NCBI GenBank assembly: GCA_037381445.1
Contig: JARRQT010000042.1
Coordinates: 1-16,018, forward strand
Length of the DNA: 16,018 bases
Source: Calditrichia bacterium
Lineage (GTDB): Bacteria > Calditrichota > Calditrichia > RBG-13-44-9
Reading direction: 5' to 3'
The notes under the pieces are model-generated. The model was not told where the DNA came from, did no database searches, and saw nothing but the letters and a program-made list of their open reading frames with translations. Numbering within the stretch: the first letter of the stretch is position 1; each line of letters starts with the position of its first letter. Below, piece after piece: positions 7,801 to 14,446 of this stretch. A program made the position numbers and the translations under genes.

Positions 7801-10723
7801 TATAGACCTGGGCGGAGATGGTGTTACGCTCAACGATGAGGTGGACCTCGACAGCGGGCCAAACAACCTGCAAAACTATCCTGTGCTGACTTCTGCTGCC
7901 AGCGATGTGGATCTTATCAGCGTTGAACTGCACAGCACTCCGGGCATCGAATATCGCATCGAATTTTTTGAAAGCGATACCTGCGATACCTCGGGATATG
8001 GTGAAGGACAGACATTTATCGGCAATATTACGGTGGCGACAGATATTTATGGCGACGTAACGTTTAATGCGTACCTGCCGGATGAAATTAAACCCGGTAA
8101 ATTTTATACCGCAACGGCAACCGCCCCGGATAACAATACTTCCGAATTTTCTGCTGCGATAGCATCTGAAATCAAGACAAAATCCTACGGGCCCCATTAT
8201 GTGATCAACCGGACCCACTCCGGTATCCCGTTGCATTGGCCGGATGGGAAGGCGACGTTTGATATAGGTCCCGATGCACAAGCATTTGCAACATCAGTCG
8301 AGGCGGGTTATGCCACATGGAGCGCTTTGCCGGAACTGGAATATATTGCTTCAGGCAATGCGGCATCATCCAACCAGTGGGCCGGTGATCCGGATGGGCT
8401 CAATAATAATGTCTGGATAGCAGATTGGGATACCACCGGATTGGCACCGGACGTGGTAGCAGCCACCCGGGTGCGTTATAACGCCATTACCGGAGAAATG
8501 ACCGATGTGGATATCGGCTACAATGCCCAAGACTTTAATTGGTCCACTTCAGGAGAGGCTGATAAATTAGATGTCCAAAACGTAGCTACCCACGAAATTG
8601 GACATTTTGGGGGCTTAGGAGATATTTATAACGAGGCCGATACTGACTATTGGGTGGAAGGTATGGGAGATGGGAATGCAGAACAAACCATGTATGGTTT
8701 GATAAAAGCGGAAGAAACCAAAAAACGAGATCTGTATCAGTATTCCGGTTCGTCCCCGGAGGGCGATGTTGGCGGAATTGAATATATCTATGCCAATATT
8801 CCCGATGAACGAGTAGATCTAATGCTGGTATTCGACGGATCGATGAATTATGCGGACAATTATCACGCCTTTGAGGCTGCTAAAAAAAGCGCCATTCAGT
8901 TGATTGACAAGATGCGGGAAGGAGACAGGATTGGTATAGTAAAATTGCCGGATACCCTGTTGGCGCCGCTCACGCAAATTGTGGATGAAAACAGTAGAAC
9001 AGATATCAAAGATAAGATATCCGCCATGAATGTGGGCGGACGGGCTGCTATCGGTTCGGGTTTACAAACCGCTCAGAACCAGCTTGTCACGGAAGGCAGT
9101 GCTCAGAATAAGTGGGCCATGATTTTGTTCAGTTCAGGTGAGGAAACCGCAGAACCTTATGCGGAGTCCGTTCTTCCGGACATTATCGGCACCAAGACTG
9201 CAATTTATACCATGGGCTTTGCAAATGGACCAGCTTCGGGACAAAATTTGAACAGTCATATCGCTGATGTTACCCGGGGTGACTATTTCCTTCTGGCGGA
9301 CTCCAGTGAGATTGGGGATGTCGTTAATTTTATCTGGTATCGCCTGCTGGGTATGCAAATTATTTATTTATCCGAAGCCCACTCCACCAGTGACTTGGCT
9401 GGTGTTTCGTCCCCGGGACTATATTGGCAGGGCGGGATGTACTGGCAAGGAGGATTTTACTGGCAGGGCGGCATGTATTGGCAGGGTGGTTTCCTGGAAA
9501 TAGGGCTATACTGGCAGGGCAGCGATTTGGATCTCTCCATTTTACCACCGCCAGCGGATGGTGAAACAGATCGGCTTATTGATTCAACTAATGTGGATGA
9601 TTATCCCAATATCAAGTTTTTTACCGGACCAAATTATGAATACTACCAGATTAAAAATGCCGATCCCGGAACCTGGTCCGGTTGGGTATTCGGTGAAAGT
9701 CTTCCGCAAATCCCCGAGACATACCGAACGTACATCGCTGCCAGGACTGATGTGACCATGGAAGTGAAGATACCTTCTGACCGGTTACCATCGGGCGCCC
9801 ACACCGAAATCGATGTTAAACTATATGAAGGCGGAGAACGCCAGTCCGATTTGCACCTGACCGGTGGCCAGCCTATTTTAGGAGCAATTGTTTCTGCCGA
9901 CATCGTAAATCCTGATGGAGATACTACTTTCACCGAACCATTTTATGAATCGGGTGACGGTTTATATACATTTGCCACCCGGCCATTTCCGGAGTCCGGA
10001 AGTTACAAGATAATAATTAATGCCAGTAAGCCCGAACCTTCCTCTGGCCAGCGAAAACTTATCAGCCGCAGCGTGCATTCATTGTACATTTATGATCTCC
10101 CCTCCTCAGATGCGGTAAATGAGATAAGAAATGTCATTTTCGGTCTCGATAATTCGTATTTCAAGCAACCAGCAAGCAACCGAAAAATTGCTTTTTCAAA
10201 CAAATTAGATGAAGTGTTATTCCTGATTGAGGACGGAAATTATGATGAGGCGATTGACAAATTAGAGAACGATGTCCTTGCAAAAATGGATGCTTTCTAT
10301 GGCGGAAGTCCAGGTAATGACTGGATCATTACCGAACCGGGGCAGCATGCGATATACCCACTTGTTCGTAATTTAATTGTTTCGCTGCAAACTCTGCCAC
10401 CCAAAAAATCTGAAACTCCGGCATTAAGGGGTGAATTGTCACCAAAGCAATTTAAGGTATTGCCCAATTTCCCGAATCCTTTTAATCTGCAAACCACAAT
10501 CCAATACGAATTGCCCCGGGAAAGCCAGGTTACTTTAAAGATTTATAATGTGCTTGGGCAATTGGTCAAAACACTGGTGGATGATTATCAGAAATCCGGT
10601 TATTATACGCTGCGCTGGAATGGTGATGATGAAAGTGGCACCGTAGTTTCAAATGGTGTCTATATCTATCGGTTTAAAGCCGGTAACTACATTAAAACAG
10701 GCAAGATGCTGTTGATGAAATAA
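4826..10723 (+). CDS. Large secreted multidomain zinc metalloprotease (propeller, beta-helix, matrixin-like, vWA, repeats, Ig-like, FlgD-Ig/T9SS-type CTD)
   Basis: 1965 aa with a GAGGGAG ribosome-binding site and signal peptide. Beta-propeller-like repeats at about 4930-5810. CSLREA-like cap NDDGAGSLRAVI from about 5820. Beta-helix at about 6100-7850. HEIGHFGGLGD at 8591-8623 and Met-turn QTMYG near 8690. vWA at about 8810-9350. C-terminus NFPNPFNLQTTIQYEL...GVYIYRF...KMLLMK. Confidence 0.9.
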   Translation: MKNIRNKPILFLRIIILLLFSLVLFTDFLPAQERPEITLLPGYSAEYFYRNVPRPDGIAVRTDDTLLIVNEIDPTGVFVASRGDQFNINGRYCETGPPFNSPDDILQYHGDSVFVVDGQAQTLFLVFPGGSPIPFVTSEDITIENQFNPFGIALAPSSFDGDSVDPGDLIIADIAFGWPDEKAIWAINPVTGDEKVLARGNIFEHGPYQVAFSPDGILYMIESDASGTEDTRIVTIDADGTVTPFLTGIPSTGNLAVHPVTGEVFFGVYELGEIRRISPSHGNLLYPSTSEVFASGFEEFQDFQFSPDGEVLYVSAFFPSSNDIIAIRKTHTFMVTTYNDDGAGSLRAVIDSANAKPGLDSIHFNIPGTGPHTIQLSSQLPQITDPVTIDGYTQSGASPATSTTNAVLMVEIDGQYTDVCLDITSGESTIRGLTINRCSAAGISLYIGGGNIIEGNFLGTNISGTAGLGNYRGILIIASSGNTIGGTTPESRNIISGNSYRGISLGEGTGNVITGNYIGTNAAGTEPVPNGNIGLLILSADSTVVGEADSGARNVISGNDGNGIIISNSTNSRIIGNFIGTDPSGTIQIANQIGITISAASDNIIGGSSPETRNVISGNSDDGINILGSTSENNGITGNFIGVAADGSTALGNGDNGIYIESPNNIIGGPADFMNVISGNASYGIVIAGTDAAGNRIAGNYIGTDASGTTDLGNSQGGIYIGNGASDNIIGGTTPEARNIISANGENPPPVQPGPVHGIVMDGVGSNGNIISGNYIGTDVTGEVALGNGGDGIHVRNGASDNTVEGNVISGNETTAISIFGDGTENNFVCRNLIGLDAAGTANIGQPAGTGVYIGMSASNNHIGGASPDSGNFITGSGWAGFYTDSSGATNNKIISNCFGTDINKQIDPTYANRIGILLCNASGYAIGGASEGEGNLIANCLNEGILLQDTSSYNLIAGNEIINNGTSGINVTNGTGNNIAANRISANGGLGIDLGGDGVTLNDEVDLDSGPNNLQNYPVLTSAASDVDLISVELHSTPGIEYRIEFFESDTCDTSGYGEGQTFIGNITVATDIYGDVTFNAYLPDEIKPGKFYTATATAPDNNTSEFSAAIASEIKTKSYGPHYVINRTHSGIPLHWPDGKATFDIGPDAQAFATSVEAGYATWSALPELEYIASGNAASSNQWAGDPDGLNNNVWIADWDTTGLAPDVVAATRVRYNAITGEMTDVDIGYNAQDFNWSTSGEADKLDVQNVATHEIGHFGGLGDIYNEADTDYWVEGMGDGNAEQTMYGLIKAEETKKRDLYQYSGSSPEGDVGGIEYIYANIPDERVDLMLVFDGSMNYADNYHAFEAAKKSAIQLIDKMREGDRIGIVKLPDTLLAPLTQIVDENSRTDIKDKISAMNVGGRAAIGSGLQTAQNQLVTEGSAQNKWAMILFSSGEETAEPYAESVLPDIIGTKTAIYTMGFANGPASGQNLNSHIADVTRGDYFLLADSSEIGDVVNFIWYRLLGMQIIYLSEAHSTSDLAGVSSPGLYWQGGMYWQGGFYWQGGMYWQGGFLEIGLYWQGSDLDLSILPPPADGETDRLIDSTNVDDYPNIKFFTGPNYEYYQIKNADPGTWSGWVFGESLPQIPETYRTYIAARTDVTMEVKIPSDRLPSGAHTEIDVKLYEGGERQSDLHLTGGQPILGAIVSADIVNPDGDTTFTEPFYESGDGLYTFATRPFPESGSYKIIINASKPEPSSGQRKLISRSVHSLYIYDLPSSDAVNEIRNVIFGLDNSYFKQPASNRKIAFSNKLDEVLFLIEDGNYDEAIDKLENDVLAKMDAFYGGSPGNDWIITEPGQHAIYPLVRNLIVSLQTLPPKKSETPALRGELSPKQFKVLPNFPNPFNLQTTIQYELPRESQVTLKIYNVLGQLVKTLVDDYQKSGYYTLRWNGDDESGTVVSNGVYIYRFKAGNYIKTGKMLLMK
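6170..7540 (+). repeat. Parallel beta-helix protein repeats, about 8 degenerate copies
   Basis: Recurring N-x-IGG...RNVISGN...GI-x-I...GN[FY]IGTD motif: GNFLGTN, GNYIGTN, GNFIGTD, GNFIGVA, GNYIGTD twice, RNLIGLD, SNCFGTD. Confidence 0.85.
9416..9520 (+). repeat. In-frame 18-bp tandem repeat encoding G-[LMF]-Y-W-Q-G (four tandem copies plus one)
   Basis: ggactatattggcagggc / gggatgtactggcaagga / ggattttactggcagggc / ggcatgtattggcagggt / ggtttcctggaaata / gggctatactggcagggc, which reads GLYWQG GMYWQG GFYWQG GMYWQG GFLEI GLYWQG. Confidence 0.95.
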
Positions 10724-10751
10724 TGAAATAAGAAGTTGCAGGTGAAATCCC

Positions 10752-10795
10752 GGGCAGGCCGTCAACTCTGTAGAGTGAAGGCCTGCCTTTACTTA
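10752..10795 (+). terminator. GC-rich stem-loop after the protease gene; possible weak intrinsic terminator or RNA stabiliser
   Basis: GGGCAGGCC (10752-10760) pairs with GGCCTGCCT (10780-10788), with an inner ACTCT-gt-AGAGT. Only a short, interrupted T tract follows. Confidence 0.55.
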
Positions 10796-10820
10796 TCATG
10801 AATGGAAATTTGGTTGCGAT

Positions 10821-13800
10821 ATGATAAATCATCCCGAAAAAATTGCGCATTATCAGATTCTGGAATTATTAGGTGAAGGAGGAATGGGGTCGGTCTTTAA
10901 AGCCATCGATACCCAGCGCAACGAAACTGTCGCAATTAAAATTTTATCACGTCACTCCCTGCAAAGTGAAGAAATCCGTCGCCGTTTCCGGCGGGAAGCC
11001 AGCGCCGGCATGCGTCTGGATCATCCTAATATTGTAAAAATCCTGGAAGTCGGGGAATCGGAAAACGAGCTCTTTATCTGCATGGAATATGTGGCTGGGA
11101 AGACCCTCCGAGAAATCGTACAGGAAAAAACGCCTGATCTGATGAAAACCATCGATATTGGGATTGCTGCTGCAAATGCATTAAAACATGCCCATGATCA
11201 GGGAATTATTCATCGGGATATCAAGAGCGCGAATATTATGCTTGCTCATGATGCATCGGTGAAAATAATGGATTTTGGTTTGGCCCGTATGCAGGATGCT
11301 AGTATGCTGACCAGGGAAGGGGAAATTATCGGAACAATTGCCTATATGTCTCCTCAGCAAGCTGTAGGGGAAGCCATCGATCATCGCAGTGATATATTTT
11401 CGCTGGGCGTAGTGCTTTATGAATTACTTACCGGACAGTTGCCGTTTTCCGGCGATTACGAAATGGCATTAATCTATTCCATTTTGAATGAAGAGCCCAT
11501 TAGCATTCGTGAAGTTAACAAAAGCGTGCCCCAGGCATTAGAGCAAATAATATTTAAAGCACTAAAGAAAGATCCTCAAAAACGATATCAAAGTGCAAAT
11601 GATCTGGCTGCCGATCTTGTAAAAATAAAAGACCATTTGGAAATCAATGAACTAATTGATGAATCCGACCTTGATTTGTTGGCCAAAACAGAGGTTTTGC
11701 GTCCTGAAGAGAGGGCTTTTGATTCAAGATTAATTGGCAGAGGGGAACAGCTTGAAGCATTGAAGTCTATACTCCGCCAGGTGATGCTTGGTGAGGGACA
11801 CTCTGTTTTCATTACGGGAGAGGCCGGCATCGGAAAAACCCGATTAGCCTGGGAACTGGAAAAACATGCCCGGACCTTAAAAGTACGAACAATAAAATGC
11901 AGATGCATGTTTCGTCAAGGCGTCTATCCGTATCAGCCTTTTGTAGAAGCCATTCGAGACTATTTTGACATTAAAGGGGTCAAAAGTAACGAAAAGTTAC
12001 ATGACTTTATATCGAATCAAGCCGAAGGATTATTAACCGCACTCCCTGTTATTCGAAAATTCTTAAATCTCGACCAGGAACAGAAAATCATTGTCGAGAG
12101 CAAAGAACAATACTGGGATGCAATTTATAAATTGATTTTGAATATTGCGCAGGAAAGGCCACTTATTCTGATTATCGATGATCTGCACTGGGCCGATGAA
12201 GATACTTTAAAGTTATTCTTTTATATTGCCCGCAACAGTCGTTCCGCCAGGATCATGATGATAGGCACTTACCGTCCGGAGGATGTGCTGGAAATATTTG
12301 ATGACAAAACACCTACCCTCATTGAAATGCAGCATGAAATGAGTCGGGAAGGATTTCTGTCTCTTATCGAGCTAAAAAGGATCAGTGATTCTGAAGTTCG
12401 TGAGCTGGCGGATTCACTTTTTGAAAATGCGGATTTTGATTACTCATTTTACCTGATATTGAATCGGGAAACGGAGGGAAATCCATTTTTTGTTATCGAA
12501 TTATTAAAAATGTTAAATTCAGAAGGCATTATTCTTAAAAAGGGACAAGAACATGTTTTAAAAGAAAATTTTCAACAATTTCAGATTCCCGGCAAGGTCC
12601 AGGATATTGTGATGAGGCGTGTTGAACGGTTGAATAAGGAGGAACGAGAAATTCTTGAGATTGCAGCGGTGGAGGGAGAAGTTTTTCATTCCGACACCAT
12701 CGCTGCCTGTCTGACACTTAATCGCGTTAAAGTTATGAAATTTCTGCAGGCCCTGGAAAGAGAGCATCATATCATACATCCACATGAAAAAATGTATAGA
12801 TTTGATCATGGCAAAATCAGGGATATCTTATATGATTCGATCACACCCGAACTATGCTCGGAATATCATCTGCTTATTGGGAATTTTCTGGAATCAGAGT
12901 ATGGTGCCGATATTCGAATGATTCCCAACATCGCGCATCATTTTGTAGAAGCGGGAGAAAATAAGAGGGCATTACCGCATTTAATTCGTGCTGGTGAACA
13001 GGCAAGAAGTGTTTTTGCCAATGAACATGCAATTCGGTTTTTTGAAAAGGCAGAGGCCATTTTAAATGATTTAGTGAATGAACTCGAAAATGAGGAAATC
13101 CGCCAAAAAAGAGAGGCAATTTATGAAGGCCTGGGCGATGTGCTTGCCCTTACCGGTAAACATGATCTAGCCAATGCTTATTATCATCAGGTAAATTCCT
13201 TGCTGCAGGCTAATTCTCCCAAACAAGCTGTTCTGCTTTGGAAAATGGGATCAGTCCATATTCATCAAGGCGAGAACGAAAAGACACTCCAATTTCTGAA
13301 TCAAGCCGAAACAATCTGTCAGAAAAGTCTTGAGCGACTCAAGCTGGGAATTCCTCTGGAAGCATTTTCTGATGCGAATATCACCGAACAGGATCTATTC
13401 ACTTTGCTGGGCAAGATAATGACCTCCCGGGCACGAATCTTAAAAATTTCCGGTAAGTATAGGGAAGCGATAGAAGAAATAGAAAAGGGGCTTCAGTTTC
13501 TCTCCGATAAAGGGAATCTTACCGAGAAAAGCCAGGCCTACAATGACTTTGGTAATATTTTATTCGATCAGGGAAATTATGAAAACGCAGCCGAAATGTA
13601 CTCCAAAAGTATGGAAATGCGTGAAAAGATAGCCGATAAAAAGGGGCTCGCCGAGACCCGGAATAATCTGGCATTAATTTTTATTGAAAAGGGGCAATAT
13701 GAAAAAGCCGCAGAACTCCTGGAAGAATCCATCGAGCAAATGAATCAAATCGGATTTCGGGTTGGTATTGCAGGCACTTATAATAATTTGGGAGCAGTTT

Positions 13801-14429
13801 ATCAGGATTTAGGTCGTCTGGAGAACGCCTATAAAGTTCATCAAAAAAGTCTGAAAATTTGTGAAGCAACTCATGACATTCCGGGAGAAATCTTATCCTA
13901 TGCAAATATTGGATCAGTAAATGTCGAATTAGGAAACGGTCAAACGGCGGTAAAAAGTCTGGAAAAAAGCATCGCTTTAATGGATGCGAGAAAAATCATG
14001 GTCCTCAAACCCCAGGCTCTTTATTGGTTAAGCAGGGCTTTTTTATCCTTAGGTAATATTCAGTCCGCTCAGGATACTGCTGAAAAAGCGCATCAGGAAG
14101 CATTGAGATTAAATCAAAGGGTCAGTCAAGGCTTTACCAACAGAATATTGGGTATGATTGGATTGGAAAGGTTGACCCAAATGCTACACAAGACCGATCT
14201 TTCAAATTTCAAAGAGGAAATTCATAAATATTTTTCGGAGAGTTTGGAGATTTTTGAATCCCTAAAGATGGAGCATGAATTCGCCCGGACTTGCCTTGAA
14301 ATCGCTAAATTCTTTAAATGGACCAAAGAAAGTAATCAATATGATAGATATTTTCACATTGCCAAAGAAATATTTGAAAGGCTTGGAGCCACCCATGATC
14401 TCAAAAAAATTGAGGAAATTAATTCATAA
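10821..14429 (+). CDS. Hanks-type Ser/Thr kinase fused to a STAND (AAA_16-like) NTPase and TPR repeats
   Basis: Kinase motifs LGEGGMGSVFKA, VAIKIL, HRDIKSAN, DFGLAR, DIFSLG. STAND motifs LIGR, Walker A GEAGIGKT (11817-11840), Walker B LILIIDDLHWAD, and TEGNPFF (GxP). C-terminal TPRs such as YNNLGAVYQDLG. No transmembrane segment or signal peptide is evident. Confidence 0.95.
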   Translation: MINHPEKIAHYQILELLGEGGMGSVFKAIDTQRNETVAIKILSRHSLQSEEIRRRFRREASAGMRLDHPNIVKILEVGESENELFICMEYVAGKTLREIVQEKTPDLMKTIDIGIAAANALKHAHDQGIIHRDIKSANIMLAHDASVKIMDFGLARMQDASMLTREGEIIGTIAYMSPQQAVGEAIDHRSDIFSLGVVLYELLTGQLPFSGDYEMALIYSILNEEPISIREVNKSVPQALEQIIFKALKKDPQKRYQSANDLAADLVKIKDHLEINELIDESDLDLLAKTEVLRPEERAFDSRLIGRGEQLEALKSILRQVMLGEGHSVFITGEAGIGKTRLAWELEKHARTLKVRTIKCRCMFRQGVYPYQPFVEAIRDYFDIKGVKSNEKLHDFISNQAEGLLTALPVIRKFLNLDQEQKIIVESKEQYWDAIYKLILNIAQERPLILIIDDLHWADEDTLKLFFYIARNSRSARIMMIGTYRPEDVLEIFDDKTPTLIEMQHEMSREGFLSLIELKRISDSEVRELADSLFENADFDYSFYLILNRETEGNPFFVIELLKMLNSEGIILKKGQEHVLKENFQQFQIPGKVQDIVMRRVERLNKEEREILEIAAVEGEVFHSDTIAACLTLNRVKVMKFLQALEREHHIIHPHEKMYRFDHGKIRDILYDSITPELCSEYHLLIGNFLESEYGADIRMIPNIAHHFVEAGENKRALPHLIRAGEQARSVFANEHAIRFFEKAEAILNDLVNELENEEIRQKREAIYEGLGDVLALTGKHDLANAYYHQVNSLLQANSPKQAVLLWKMGSVHIHQGENEKTLQFLNQAETICQKSLERLKLGIPLEAFSDANITEQDLFTLLGKIMTSRARILKISGKYREAIEEIEKGLQFLSDKGNLTEKSQAYNDFGNILFDQGNYENAAEMYSKSMEMREKIADKKGLAETRNNLALIFIEKGQYEKAAELLEESIEQMNQIGFRVGIAGTYNNLGAVYQDLGRLENAYKVHQKSLKICEATHDIPGEILSYANIGSVNVELGNGQTAVKSLEKSIALMDARKIMVLKPQALYWLSRAFLSLGNIQSAQDTAEKAHQEALRLNQRVSQGFTNRILGMIGLERLTQMLHKTDLSNFKEEIHKYFSESLEIFESLKMEHEFARTCLEIAKFFKWTKESNQYDRYFHIAKEIFERLGATHDLKKIEEINS

Positions 14430-14446
14430 AACATATTGGAAATACA

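Noticed and set aside
7592..8281. 229-aa minus-strand ORF and the other short antisense ORFs between 4492 and 13905
   Set aside because: They lie opposite long, motif-rich genes and show no recognisable motifs, so they are treated as shadow ORFs.
9416..9520. The 18-bp repeat as a CRISPR array or DGR template/variable repeat
   Set aside because: There are no spacers, the units are in frame and differ mostly at third codon positions, and no cas or reverse transcriptase gene is present in the window.
9267..9755. Alternate-frame plus-strand ORFs of 78 and 65 aa; the first has a Cys/Gly periodic pattern
   Set aside because: The periodicity is the frameshifted reading of the YWQG repeat. The synonymous variation favours the main frame.
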